Origin: Octopus vulgaris
Taxonomy: Eukaryota
Reading direction: 5' to 3'
DNA: 64,000 bases
Assembly (NCBI GenBank): GCA_951406725.2
Contig: OX597816.1
Span: 116,560,001 to 116,624,000, forward strand
The notes beneath the pieces are model-generated. The model saw only the letters and a list, made by a program, of their open reading frames with translations. It ran no database searches and was not told where the DNA came from. Numbering within the stretch: the stretch's first letter is position 1; every line of letters starts with the position of its first letter. Of the stretch, positions 10,200 to 24,950 are shown in pieces. A program made the translations under genes and the position numbers.

Positions 10200-10885
10200 C
10201 ATCCTAACAACTTCTCCAAAGCACTGGATGAGGGATGCTCTTGCTGGAGATACAATCAGGTCCTCAAGACCAATATCTAAGGCAATCAGCGAGACGATCA
10301 ATGACAGCAGACATGCGAACACGACACTTTTGAAGATAGCTTTTATTGAGGAAAAGACACGAGAACAGCTCCAGTGGTTTACTTTCTACAGCGCATGACT
10401 AGAAGACAGAATTCGACTTTGAGAAGCAGCTAAAATTTCAATCAACCAGACCTTGTTGAGACCAGATATCGTTTTGTTTTCTGAGATATCAAGGCAGAAA
10501 AAATCCTATTGACGTTAACTGTGCCCTGAGAGGAACCACAAAAGCTAAGTTACAGAAACTGGCGGAGAACTGTCGCATGAATGGGTGGGGATCGAGATGT
10601 TTACCTGTGGAGGCCTGTGGTGTAGAATCCGCAGATCATACTCTGAATAAGGCCTATGAAACCCTGGTAATTACAGAAATGAACAGAAAAGCCATCAAGA
10701 ACAAAGTAGAGGGTACTGAGAAAGCATCTAAATGGTTTCGGTTAAAAAGAGGTGATCGGGGAGGTCAGTAGAATGTCACTTGGACACAGATTGATTGATT
10801 TAGATTGGATTACTCAGATTAGGGTGTATGTTGTCAAACCCGAAACACTCAGTGATTCCTGGGCACATCACTTACAGTGTGTCTA
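10200..10885 (+). mobile_element. Restriction-like-endonuclease LINE 3' end (HERO-like), decayed
   Basis: RPDIVLFS..LTVP*E..MNGWGSRCLPVEACG..EKASKWF motifs, then a short 3' UTR. Confidence 0.7.
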
Positions 10886-10993
10886 AGTATAGTACTTGTA
10901 GTTGCACGTAAAACTATGCATATGTGTATATGTCATATGAATGTATGTATATGTATGCGCGTATATATATGTATGTGTATTTGTATGTAAGCA

Positions 10994-11040
<47 letters not shown>

Positions 11041-11327
11041 CATTGTTCAGTTTTATTTCAAGATTTCTTGTCAATAAGGAAAGAGTCGGTTTCTAACCTA
11101 GATTTGAGGCTTCTTCATTGGAATTTCAACATCAACAATAGGGTAGTTTTGTATGTATGTATGTATGTATGTATGTATGTATGTATGTATGTATGTATGT
11201 ATGTATGTATGTATGTGTGTGTGTATTCATGTATGTATGCATGTATGTATATTTGCAGATTTGTATGTTTTGCTTTATGTATGTATTCTCATGCATATAG
11301 TTGCATATCTAGACATGCTCATATACA

Positions 11328-12746
11328 CACTGAACAGCAAAAGAAATACGAGACGTGTGTGATTGTGAAATATGTTTTAATTTCTTTATGTCAGAGATAA
11401 ATTTTGATAGATCTGAAAAAGTCAATTTCTTGGATGCACTTTGACCACAGTCTATGGGTCATTGTTATGTGTTCTGGTGACATGTTCAATACTGTCTATG
11501 CCCTACCTGGGCTTTCAAAACGGCCATACACCGTCGGTACATGGAGTGCATGGGACGGTTCACAAAATCCATTGGCACCTGTGCTCACACCCTGAGGAAA
11601 GCTGCCTCCAGTTCCACACAAGTTGTCGGCCTTGGGTCCACCTGATTCAGCCGTCTCTGGATTTCATCGCACAGATGTTCAATTGGGATCAAATCCGGGC
11701 TGAGAGTCGGCCACGGTATGGTTCTGATATTGTGCTGATGGAGGAAGTTCATGATAACCCTGGCAGGGTGGGAAGGAGTATTGTCCTGCTGGAACACGTG
11801 GCTATGTTATGCGCGAAAAAAGGCACAATGTGAGGTCACCGTAGCGCTGCGCTGTGATACCATCCCCTCTGTCTGCACCAACATTTTGGAACACATGGGG
11901 TCCAATTCTCTGATTCAGTCTTATAGCACCCAAACCATGATGTTTTGGCCACCCCACGCAGCTCTCTCCATGATACATGCGTCTCTGTAGCGTTCACTCC
12001 TCCTACGCCACACCCTGACTCTGCCATCCGAGGTGGTAACGCAGTACCGGCTCTCGTCAGAGAAGACTATCGACCGCCATTGTTGATGCCGCCAATGTCG
12101 GTGCTCTGTAGCCCACTGTAGTCATGCCTGAAGGTGGCAGGCAATGAGGATAGGCTCAAGAGCAGGACGACGGCAACACAGGCTGTTGGCAGCCAGTCGG
12201 CGTCGTCCCGTGTCGTCGCTGTCCAATGCCAATGGCCGCAGAAACTGTCATGCTGGCTGGTCTGAAGCGATCACGGAGGTACTGCAGGTGGATGAAGCAG
12301 TCCTGCCTATGCGCGGTCACTCGGAGGCGCCCTCTACAGTGCAGTTGGTGTTGTTGTATCGCTGTTGCAGGCGATAGATGGTGCTGACATGGACATGGTA
12401 AGCTTGCGCAAAAACCAGGGCACGTTGCGCTGCTTGCAATGTGCTACGGACAATCGGCTCATGCCATATGCGCCCAAATTACAAATGTCAGGAATGCGAT
12501 CTCCACGAGATGCACATGCATTTCCGTTTTCATGACAATTGTTTGCGACTGCCGACCACGGCATACAACGCAGCTGCATTTTGACGTCTCATTTCAGAGA
12601 AAGTTGAAAGGTTACTTGCAATTTGGGTCTCAGCCATAAACCAGCATGTCTTGGAATATTTACACTTATATCCCCGAAATAAATTTTCAGAATTTACCAT
12701 ATAAAAATGACATTTGAAAAAGTCGCGTTTCTTTTGCCGTTCAGTA
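11328..12746 (-). mobile_element. Tc1-family DD34E transposon, full length but frameshifted
   Basis: TIRs ACTGAACAGCAAAAGAAA / TTTCTTTTGCCGTTCAGT; remnants WRSIVFSDESRY, IMVW, FQQDNTPSH..WPTLSPDLIPIEHL. Confidence 0.93.
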
Positions 12747-12903
12747 TATTTAAATGATAAAATTCTTGGAAGTTTTACAGATTTTTCAGTTCCGGTGATG
12801 GATTCGGTCTGTAGTCTACAAATTAGCTTTCTCCTTTCTGGTTTTGAGAAGCTTAATTTCTCAAGATTGGTATTTAGGCAGTGTATTACATATCCCATGT
12901 ATG

Positions 12904-12970
<67 letters not shown>

Positions 12971-13070
12971 AATACAAACTGGGACAAGAACGTAAAACAT
13001 TTAGAAGACGATACAAAAAACACGGACGGACTATGCTTATATATGAATGAATGTATGTATGTATGTATGT

Positions 13071-13312
13071 TATGCACTAGGGTCGATGTAACCGACTTAA
13101 TCCATTTGTCTGTCCTTGTTTGTCCCCTCTATGTTTAGCCCCCTGTGGGCAATAAAGAAATAAGAAACGTTAGCACTTTGCCTTTCATCCTTTAGGGGTC
13201 GATTAAATAAGTACCAGTTATGCACTGGGATCGATGTAACCGACCTAATCCGTTTGTCTGTCCTTGTTTGTCCCTTCTATGTTTAGCCCCTTGTGGACCA
13301 TAAAGAAATAAG
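13071..13312 (+). mobile_element. Family A SINE 3' part, tandemly duplicated, with Tx1-like tail
   Basis: ~95-bp unit at 13071 and 13219 ending TGTTTAGCCCC.TGTGG.CAATAAAGAAATAAG. Confidence 0.7.
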
Positions 13313-14777
13313 ATATCCAGAGTGTATGGTAAGTCACATGTTTGGGAGTTATGAATACAATCTTAGGCATGTCTCTGTTTTATTAGACCTCCTCAACTAA
13401 GCACAGTTCCCTCAAGTACGACTAATAAATGTACTATTTCTCTGAAAGTAATTCAATAATTAAGTAAATTTAAATAATGAAAATGGAAAATATCCCAAGG
13501 GTGTCATTTGCATTACAATCAAATAGCTTCATGCATGCTTAACATACATAATGCAGAATTTATTGCTTTCTAATCAACTGAAATTATAACTGTAATGAGA
13601 AGGAAAGTCATTAACATTAATGTAAATTACTCTCAGAAACTGCAAGGGAGAACACTTTAAAAATTGGAAAGGAATATATATACAGGAGATAGGGAGTAAC
13701 AGCTTTGGAAATGTTTCAGCAGTAAAATGGAAAGGTCTCAGCAGTAAAATGTAGTGAATTCAAAACTACTCTACAGAAAGAACACCTGGAAAATTTTCAA
13801 TCACTTTATTCTAATTTACCTAAGTAGTAAATAATTTTCATAAAAGTGTCAATCGTTCTGATCTATTGGCAACTGTGAGTAGACTATATATTTCTATGGA
13901 AGCTCAATAAAACCGATTAATATTGCTGAAGTTTTCGACGTAGCTATCTAACATCAAACTAACTCAGCAACAGCAGAGCTCCAATCAATTTTTTGTCAAA
14001 TGAAATTTGGAGAACTGTTTCACTTGTCCCTTTGTAGAGTAATATTCATTAACGCTAGTAACTTTCCTTCTGTTATGGTTTAATTTCAGTTGATTAACAG
14101 TGAATTTCAGATTACCATACTGAGTATGTTTATCTTTACATAATAGGTTTAGACTAACTACATTGAGACAATTCATGGTATGTATATATTAAAACAAAAT
14201 GCATAACAATTACTAGGACATATACATGTGTCTCAAGAAATCACATGTTAAATGTGTGAAGTGCAAATATAAGTTAAAACGTCACAAAATTCGTTCTCCT
14301 ATATATCTGTTGATTACAAATAGCATGATTCAACAGATTCAGAAGTATCTGTCTCAAATGCAGAAAATATATAATTATTCCTCAAAATACATCCGGAGTG
14401 TATCTCAAAAGCAAAACTCTAGAAGTCAATGAGCAATTTAGCTAGTTTCTTATTGGCCAGGTCATATTTACAGAATGAACCGTTTCAGTGACATTGTATC
14501 TCATTGGTGCAAAGCAGTTTAGAAGTCTGCTATTCATATTTGAAAAGAATTGTGAGAGAAAAATAGTGACAGAGATTGTAATGTTTCACAAAGATAAAAC
14601 AGTATGGTTCTCACTTCCTTTCACATTACATAGAGAGGAAGGTAAATTCACTTGCAGATTTAGACTTGTTAAAACAATCTCAAGGTATCTTCTGCTGACG
14701 TTGGAAGCAAGCCATTCTTCAATAATGCTCTTTTAATTTTTTTACAGGAAAAATTTGTTTCTAATTACATTGTGTAT

Positions 14778-14822
<45 letters not shown>

Positions 14823-17366
14823 CACATGTGCACATACACATTGTTTATACAAAAGCTTCTATGTTTTTTACTTATCGGTCTGCAAATAATGTCCACTTGC
14901 AGACAATGCTTGTAGTTAGTGAAGAACTTCACCATATGCTCAGCTGGGACTTCTTTCACTTAGTGAGCCTTTTTTTAATTGGTTTTCATTTTCTTTGCCA
15001 GGGAGACAAATCTTGATTGAAATTTATTTCCTTTCATGCTAGTATATTAATTCAACAGAAAACATATTTTTCCTTAATTTTTAATTTTTCAACGTCAATA
15101 TTTTAAATTCTGAATATATACAGACAGAACGGTTTTGATGTAACCATATTTCATCAGTGCAAAGCAATTTATAGTTACATCAATCATTATCATTATTTTA
15201 TGCCTGATTTCTATGCTGCCATATATTGGTTGGGCAATCATGGTCCACATCATTTTTTATTTGGTGTTACTTATGTTTCATTTTTTTGTTTTGATTTCTA
15301 CAATTGAATGCCTTTCCTATCACCAGTTAAATTTCATCATGGCACCAAGTTGTCATGTTTTTAACACAACTAAAGAATCTTTGTGATACCTTGTTTAATT
15401 GCACAAATAAATTAATGATGTATTAAATTCATTAATGATCCATTGATTATATTTGGGAGAATTAAGAAAAAATAGAAATAGATAGAGATAGATAAAAATA
15501 TTTGTTAAAAAGTAACATTTGTGAGTTCGTTTCTGATCAAATAGAGAGGAAAAGAGAAACACATATGTCTGAGACAAATGAATGCTTTCATACATATACA
15601 CTAAATTCTTCAGAGTTTGTTGGTTCTAACTTTGCTTTTTACACTCTTGACTATGATATAAACTATTTTACCAAGCAACCCAATAAAAGCATTGCTTTCT
15701 CATTGACCAGCAAGCAGGAAAGCGTAAGACCATGTGAAAATACTTCCTTTTGTTTGACAAATACAGGGTAGAGATTTGCATTAATTTATTTTGCAAACCA
15801 GTTTTCTACATTTTTTTTAAGTGTTAAAAGAATAAAGAATGTTTTTATTTACTATGCCACAATTCTGTTTTAATCTAACTTATAAAATATCTATGACTGT
15901 TAGATCAACATTTAGCTTTGTCTTTTAAGAAATGTAAACCCAAATAGCTTTGCACTGCCTGTCTGATTCAAACATCACTAAAAGCTAAAAGGGGAATTTT
16001 TTTTCCTTTATTTAGAATAACTTATGACAAAATAAACCAAAAGAAATATTAAAAATACAATGAAAAATATATATTAATATGATTAATAGTAAAATAGATT
16101 TAAAACAAAATTCAATAAAGCAACAAATGAATAAAAAATAAAATTCCTAAGATAGAAAGGTCTTTAGAGAAATTAACTGTCCAAGAAATCAGTAAGACGT
16201 GTGTGTTATCTTGAAAAAGAAAGAGATAGTTGGTGTTATATCTATTTCATAATATATAAGAAATTGCTTCTTTCAGCAAAACTTACTTATTTTTTAGTTC
16301 AGAAAAATAAAAGTAATAGATGAAAAATAGAAAAAAAAACTACAGAAAAGAAAAAAGTATTCTTTCATCATATTTACTGTTCCAGTGATTTGGACCTGGA
16401 ATCTATTTTTTTAATTGTTTCTATATTTGCTGTTAATGTTTTTCAAATTTTTATAAACCATATTTTTTCTATCTTTAAAATATCATACACACATATATAG
16501 ATACATACATATATAAATGTGTGTGTGTGTTTGCACGTGTGTGTATGTATATGTATACACACACACACATACACAGATATACATACACACACATAAACAG
16601 ACAATAACAAACATACAGACAGGTACAAAGAAAGAAGACAGCAAAACAGTCCAATTTTGGTGCTGGAGGTTAAAAAGAAAGATTTGGAGAAATGATTAAG
16701 AAAAGCTGAATCAAAGCAATATCTTCAGATGATTGAAGTCAATCTATGAGAAAATTTTTCCAAGAAGACATAGAAAACAGTGCAAATTTTGGTTGGGTTT
16801 CAGAAGTATTGTTTGATAAACCTAGTATCCATGCCAATCCATTTGAGGGCCACAGATTGACTTTCAGGCTAAATAGCAGGTTAGATGAAAATCAGATACA
16901 ATAGGTGCCGCAATTTTTCATCCACCTTTTATAATGATGCATACACATAACCACAAAAACTCACCTCTATCAAAATACAGTCCCACATGAACACACAGCC
17001 TTGCACACTTGCATGTGTGGTAAGCTAGAATATATTACAGTAGCATACATAAATATCTATGTGTATATTATGCATATGAATACATATACATGCTTGCACT
17101 TATACAATATAAGCATGTATATGTACATGAACATGCTCATAAATATATAAGTGTGTATGTATGTATGCATTTATGTATGTATGTATGTATGTATGTATGT
17201 ATGTATGTATGTGTAGAAACATACACACATTCATGCAAATGCATCACAGACAAATACAATAATACAATACATATGTATGTATATCTATATCTATATATAT
17301 TATATATATATATATATTTATTTATTTATATGTATGTATGTATATGCATGTATGTATATATGTGTG

Positions 17367-17400
<34 letters not shown>

Positions 17401-17771
17401 ATATATGTATGTATAAATATATATGAGTGTGTCTATGTGTATGTTTATGTGTAAATTCATATGTTTATACATATATATATATGCACACATAAAAATATCT
17501 GTCTACATGTGCATATGTATGAGTGCATATGTTAGTATTTCTATAATTTTCAAACTCATGTGGATAGATTTATAGTCTAAAGAAGGAAAAAGAAGTTAGC
17601 TGTAGAAGAGTAGATATATAAGAAAGCTAAAAATAGAGGTGGAAATAAAGAAAACTTTGAGCAGATAAGACTATATACATTTATAAAGACATATATGTAT
17701 GTTTGTGAGTGAGAGAGGGAGAGAGAGAGAGAGATAGAGCGAGAGCATCTACACAGATAAAGAAGAGATGT

Positions 17772-17812
<41 letters not shown>

Positions 17813-20089
17813 CATACATGAATACATACATACCTAGATAGATAGATATTTACATATATATATATATTTATATGAATATATATTTATGTTGAGATATATA
17901 TATGTTTATATAAATATGTATATTTATGTAAAGATATATATGATTATAAATATATAAATAGTGTGTGTTTCTGCATATATACAAATATATATATGTATGT
18001 GTGTATATATATATATGTGTGTGTGTGGGTGTGTGTGGGTGTGTGTATGCATACATACATATATATATATATTCACACATATATATATATATTTGATTTG
18101 ATCATGAGGAAATTGCGTTTAGAATTTAAGTTCTCACAGAAACAACTTTGTAACACTGCTATGTTCCTAGTAGCTTAAGACACTCTTTGTTTTTATTTTA
18201 ATCTTTTTTTTTTCTTGAATTCAGGAAGACTCAATAACATAATTATCGTGAGTGATAATACAGTACATACTTCTAGCATCAATGTGATTTATATAAGTTT
18301 TAAATTCAGAAATTAAAGTTAATACATCAAATTTATTTAAAAGTATATTCAATTTAATTTTAGTTTTAGATTGACTATTTTCATGTTAGTATGAACTGAG
18401 TTAGTATAAACTGAATATTTGTGTATATCTTTGTGCCAAAAGGTTCTTTGGATCTAAACCAAACCAACAATGGGATGGGAACAGTTCCAATTTCAAGTCA
18501 ATAAAGGTGTTTCTATGTGCAAGGTGTTTCTTGACAACCGATGCTAGTGTGTTTACGCCCCCGTAACTTAGAGGTTCACCAAAAGAGACTGATAAAATAA
18601 GTACTAGGCTTACAAAGAATAAGTCCTGGGGTTGATTTGCTCGACTAAAGACGGTGCTCCAGCATGGCCACAGTCAAACCACTGAAAAAAAAGTAAAAGA
18701 GTAAAAAGAGTAAAAGAGAGTATTGCAATCAATAAAAAAATATTTGACGTAAATTGGATTAATATAAAAAAAAAATAAAAAGTAGGATGACAGGCAAATT
18801 CGACTTCATTGGGATTTTAGCTCAGATCTGAGTCAGAATATATACCATGAGGCATTGTATTCAAATCTCTGACAGCTCTGCAAATTCAGTTTTCATGTGC
18901 CAGGTAACACATTGATCTATGTTTTTTTCATCACAGGGCACAACAAACATAGCTGGCATTTTATAGGAAGTGGGTATGATGAACAATATCAGCCCCAGAC
19001 TATTACTAGTATTTATTTTAGTTAACAAGGGATCCTAGACCCTAGACATAGTTGGTCATCCTGAAAAATGTATCAGCTAAATCTCCCTTGATCATTTTTA
19101 TTAAAGGAGGCAAAGTCAGAATTCATGACCATTTATTTTTTTCAGGATCTCCAAGACACATTGATGAGGAAAGAAGGATGTTATTCATTAACTGATGACC
19201 TGGCTCCAAATACTTGTAACTACACTAAGGTCAGCCAAAGTAATGGTGTTAAAAACCAGACAACATATTAAGTATACTGCCCAAGAACTTTGATCAAATA
19301 CCACTGGACATCTCATTCAACAGTTTAACAATTATGGCAGTCTACTATTCTAGATTGATACTTTATTTTACAGCTCCAAAATAAAGAAGAGCAAATTTGA
19401 CTTCAGCAGGATTTGAACTCAGAATGCAGAGAGCTGGAACAAATACAACAGGGCATTTTGTTTTATACATTCATAACTTTACCAATTTGCAATCTGAGAC
19501 ATTATACACAAACATCTTCAAAAAGGAAAGGATACGTTAAATAATGTATTCCAAAATATCAAATACTTTAGAAAATGACATGGTGAGGTTATGATATCTT
19601 CGATAGTAAGTCAGCACAATCAGAACTGGTCTGGGATGAACCACAACTAGCATTTATTTTATTAGCTCAGAAAATATATACACCAAAGTAAATCCTGATT
19701 AGATGTGAACTCAAAGTGAACTGAATCACACTAGATAATACTTTATTATATTTTACTGATTTTGCTGACTCCATCTGGTTGACCACAATAACTAATGCAA
19801 ATCAGTACCTGTTCAACTTAAACTTTCAGTCTTACACTTTCTAGTAAAATAAGAACTGAAATGCAATTTCAGTGTGTGCAGTGATGGTAGATGATGGCCG
19901 GGGTGGTGGGGGGAGGATAACTAGAATATGTTTTATATATTAAATTACTGAAATACCTCAAAACATTTAATTGGCAATAATGTCTCTGCCAAATGTCTAC
20001 CAGTGTTACATGGCAATAATAACAAGCATAAGAAACCCAAGAACAAAATTTCACTATGAAAATAAAATTAGTATCATATTAGAATGTAA

Positions 20090-20900
20090 AGTACTGGCTG
20101 GCAGATTCATTACAATGCTGGATAAAATGTTTATCAGCATTTCTTCTGGCTCTTTATGTTCTGAGTTCAAATCCTGCCAAGGTCAATTTTGTTTTTCATC
20201 CTACCAGGTATCAATAAAATAAGTACCAGTTCAGCACTGGGACCAATGTATTCAACTTACCTTCTACCCTAAAATTACTAGCCTTGTGCCATAATTTGAG
20301 ACCATAATTATACTAGAATGTAAGGCAGCAAGCTGGCAGAATCATTAGCACGCCAAGCAAAATGCTCAGAAACATTTGTCTGTCTTTACATTCTGAGTTC
20401 AAATTCTACTAAGGTGAATTTTGCCTTTCCTCCTTCTATGGTCGCTAAAAAGAAATACCATTTGGACACTGGAGTCAATATAATTGACTATCCCCTGTCC
20501 CCAAAAATTGCTGACCTTGTGCCAAAATTTGAAACCAGTATTATACTAGAATGTAATGTAAAGTCCCCCTTCAATCATGGTTGACCATGGGATTGCACCT
20601 AGAAAGTTCCCCTCTGGGGCACAAGTCTGCGCAAGATTGTTTTGGTGGAAGACCAGCAGTCATCCATGCATACTAGCCTCCTCTCTCAGTGCCACCAATG
20701 TTATCCAGGGGAAAGACAAGTGCCAGTACAGCTTGGCACCAGTGATGTCACAACTCATTTCTACAGCTGAGTTTTTTTAGAGCAACATGAAATAAAGTGT
20801 CTTGCTTAAGAACACAGTACACAGTCTGATCTGGGAATCAAACTCATAACCTCATGATTGTAAGCCCAATGCTCTGACCACTGACCCATGCATCTTCACA
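20090..20900. mobile_element. Three stacked SINEs (two family A on plus, one CORE-type on minus at 20565-20899)
   Basis: Recognisable heads and bodies separated by repeated TAGAATGTAA. Confidence 0.75.
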
Positions 20901-21302
20901 AGAATGTAGTAAATAGGACAAAATACACTTAGAATATCAGAAACGTTATTTGTCAGGAGACAAAATACAATTTAGTTTTCAGAAACATTAAAAATTATTC
21001 CAAAAATGATTTAGCAGAAACGCCTAGTAAATTAAAAGCCTCTTAGCTGGCTATAATACTAAACAAAAGTTCTTCTTGCTGTTAAATGTTTATAAATATC
21101 CACAATTGTGATAATATTGGTACCAACAGTATAACAGGAATGTTGACTTCTCTTTCATCTCATTGAAACATCTGCAAGAGATTGACCACCCTCCCCACCA
21201 CTCTCACACACACACACACCCAGATAGAATTTTGACAATGAGTGATGATTTCTTCTAACATCTGGCAGCCTAACTTGGTTTCAAAAATAATACTAGTATT
21301 AC

Positions 21303-21342
<40 letters not shown>

Positions 21343-23529
21343 CTGGTGCTGCTGATGTTTAACTCCAGGTCAGCTCTGATTGAGCAGACCTACAACAGAG
21401 ACTGTCTCCTTTTCGTACTTTGTTCTTTTGGTGGGAACATCTAGAACTAGGACTACATTATATAATGTGTTCTTCTTTTTCTAAGACGGGAGTGTCATTT
21501 GAGAGAAATTTGGTTGCTATCTCTTGCAAGCTGAGTAAATGCCAATCAGCTTCTTCATTGTTTCATTACTGTAGTAGTTCTGAAAGCAACTGCTGCTGTT
21601 GTTGTATAAATGCAGCAAGACAGAATGGTTAAGACGTTTGCTTCACAACCAGGAGGTTTGATCCTCCTTTGTAACATATTCAACAACATTTTTGAGTAAA
21701 GCTGAGTCAACAGATACTAGTCAGAAGCCATCGTATGGATCATAATTGTATTATACACACTGATTCTTCATACTGATTCTCCTTGAGAATTACATGAAGT
21801 TATACACATTAATTTAAAGAAATTATGATTCACATGAGCAAACAAATAAATACTCATCATCAAAATCAATAGATGATCTGTTTAAGTTGTTGTTCTATAA
21901 TTAAAATAGCAAATTCAAAACTATTCTTGTCTGGTTTGGCACTGGTGATTCAGTATCAAATATTCTTTCCTTGTTGCATTGGATTCAGCCTAGGGAATAA
22001 TCTTCATTCAATGCATACCTTTCCAAATATCCAGAAAGCTCGTGACCAGAAGAGGCCCAGATTTATGGTTTTACTAGTTTTCTGGAGATAGCCTAAATAT
22101 ATAATTAAAATATAAAATAAACTGAGAAAAGTAAAGGATTAAATTGTATTTAACAAATTCAAATGAATACATTTCTAAAGAAGTCTGTTTGATATCTATT
22201 AATCCACTTAAAATTCTTAAACTATATCATATTGTAGCATGTATACAACATAAAGTTTAGAGGAGGAAAATTAAATGAAGAAAAGTAAAGAACATAATTA
22301 TATTTAACAGATACAGGTACAAATTAATACACTTCTAAAGCAGAGTCTATTTAATCTTTATAAATACATATACAACAGCAAAGAACAAAACCTTTTAAAA
22401 CATTGTTTGCAAATTAATCAACTTCATAAACATAGTCTGTTTACTCAATACAGGGTACAGTATATTGTATGATGTTACCCAGAAGCCAGTTCTAGAAGCC
22501 AGATAAGAGATCCATTACTGTATTGCAATTTACTATGACCACTCATATGTTAAAGTAAACTCTTAGCACTGTTTCTTTTTTGTAGTGGTTTCCCTCATGG
22601 CAGGATATGACTAACAAAAGGCCCCAAAAAATGGAAACTTTACATAATTTCTCAACCTTTCATAAATTGCAGATAGACAAATTAATTGTACCTATTTTAC
22701 AGTTAGACTAATTGAGTCAGTTAAGAATTAAGTATCTTGGTCATGTATAACCCAAATAAAGGTAGAACCAATAAATATGGTTACCTGCTCTGCTAAAGCT
22801 TGTAGCAAAATTTCCCTCAAATCACACTCAACTGTTTTGAAGCACATTTTGAATACTGTGGTTCTGGATTCCCTGTGCATAGAAAAAAGACAAGATGGTC
22901 ATGGCTGGAATGTCGTTGATCCCAGGTCTGTTCCATTAAGATTAATATGGGGTTAAGCAACCACCACAGCAAAAACAATAACAGCTAACTAAAGCATGCA
23001 AACTATGGATCATTCAGTTAGCAATGGAAAACCTGACACAACAAGCAATGATTCTCTAAACATTATAAAATATCATAATGATTACTGCATTATGTTTTTA
23101 CTGTTATTATTTCACCTCAGTGAAGACTTGAATTACTTGATTTTGCCAAGATACAATGGACAGTTTGTGGTAGATAATAAACTAAGAATGCACACCTGAA
23201 TTCAATATTTCATTCTCAGAGATAAACCAATGCCAAATGCCTAAAAGCCAAATAAATCTTTAATGAAAAAGTTTGGTTGTTATTTGAATCCTTTCTTGGA
23301 GACGATAGCAGCAGCAATGTTAGTGCTGGAAACTACTTCTGTAACAATTACAGAAGAGTGAGGAGTATGTTGTTGCTATTCATATTTTAAGCTCCAGGTC
23401 AGTGCTGACTGTCCTGACCTATGGCATTTCAATGGTTAATTGTATGTTAAGTGCCAAGTCAACCATGATTGAACAGTAAACTTATGATCTAAAACACTCT
23501 CCAACCATAACAAACCTGTTTTCACACAT

Positions 23530-23587
<58 letters not shown>

Positions 23588-23589
23588 GT

Positions 23590-23875
23590 CAAAGTGAATA
23601 GCCTAATGGTTGGAGTATTGTAATCATGGTCGCCATATTGTGGGTTTGATTCCCAAACCAGGCTGTACATTGTGTTCTTGAGCAAAACACTGCATTCCCC
23701 ATTGCTCAAGTTCACTCAGCTGTAAATAGATAACCCTGCAATGGAATACCATTCCAATCAGGGGCAATGTTGGCCTGTTTACTTAGCCAGCAGGATGACA
23801 TTATTTGAAAGCTAAAACAATGTAAAACACATTGTGACCAGTGATGTATAACAATATCTGGTAGTTTGGTCAATA
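23590..23875 (+). mobile_element. tRNA/CORE-type SINE (related copy 56105-56405 on minus)
   Basis: A/B boxes; TGTGTTCTTGAGCAAAACACT..TTCACTCAGCTGTAAAT. Confidence 0.7.
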
Positions 23876-24950
23876 CTATGACATACATACATACATACTT
23901 ACATACATACATACATACATACATACACACATACATACATGATGGTTGCCAACTCGATTTCGAGTAGAGCCATTGCTTGATTTCCTTATGCCTTAGAATA
24001 TCATCAATGAGCTGTACAAATATGACTTTTGAGGCCTGCCAAACACTTCCATGCTTTTTGACAATTAGTGCAAGAAAACATGGTGATTGTAGTCTACAGT
24101 TCCATGAACTTTACTATGTCTTTTCAAGCCAATTTTTTATCTGCATACTTTATGACAGAGTATGCATTCGAAATCATCTGTCTATAATCAATGTGCAGTT
24201 GTGCAATGTGTAATTTCACACGGCTCTTTATTCCAGCCTTACTAAGACAAATATTTCCAAATTCAACGTAAGATCATCACGTTCATTAATGTTATTAATG
24301 CTTGTTAGAACATCATTCTTGACACTTTTTCTCATCTTTTTTTTTATCTTTGCATGCTCCATTCTCTTCTTTTCAAATTCATTTTTGCCTTCATACACAA
24401 CTTATTTCCATTTTTTTCAGCAATGTTCTAAATCTTCCCAGTTCTCAATTGGAACATTTATCTTATTCAATCCCAACTTCAGACAATCTTTGTACCTCAT
24501 CTTTGGTTTGTAGGATAGACACTTACCTGTCACTAATTCTCAGTAAAAAAATGTTGTTTAGGCATTCTGTCATCTGTCATTCTAAGTGTCCACTTCATCT
24601 CAATCTGTACTGCAATAGCAAAGCTTCAATACTGAAGCATTTACCTCTTTCAAGCATCTCATTGTCACTCACAAACATTTTCCAGCATGCATGCATGCAT
24701 GCATACATACATACATACATACATACATACATACATACATACATACATACATACATACATACATTTAATTAGAGGATATTTTAACTTTGAGAAGGGATGG
24801 TTGCATCCAAGAAGTACTAGTTGTGTTGTTGGGGAATGAAATTCCCTTAAAACAATAGGTATATATTAAGCATATAGTTTATATCCAGTTGAAAGAAGAA
24901 AAGAAAATAGAGATAAGGAAGTTAATTATTTGTTGTTAACAAATTCGCCA

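Noticed and set aside
11040-11150. Hammerhead-like ATGAAGA..GAAACCG on minus in a microsatellite-flanked repeat
   Set aside because: A3/G8 cannot pair and there is no stem I or stem III complementarity
14600-15020. Possible minus-strand coding exons (IIEEWLASNVSRRYL; ICLPGKENENQLKK)
   Set aside because: In-frame stop just upstream or weak acceptor, and no recognisable homology; could be UTR but unsupported
23940-24680. Possible old DNA-transposon coding remnant on minus
   Set aside because: No diagnostic motif or termini recognisable by eye
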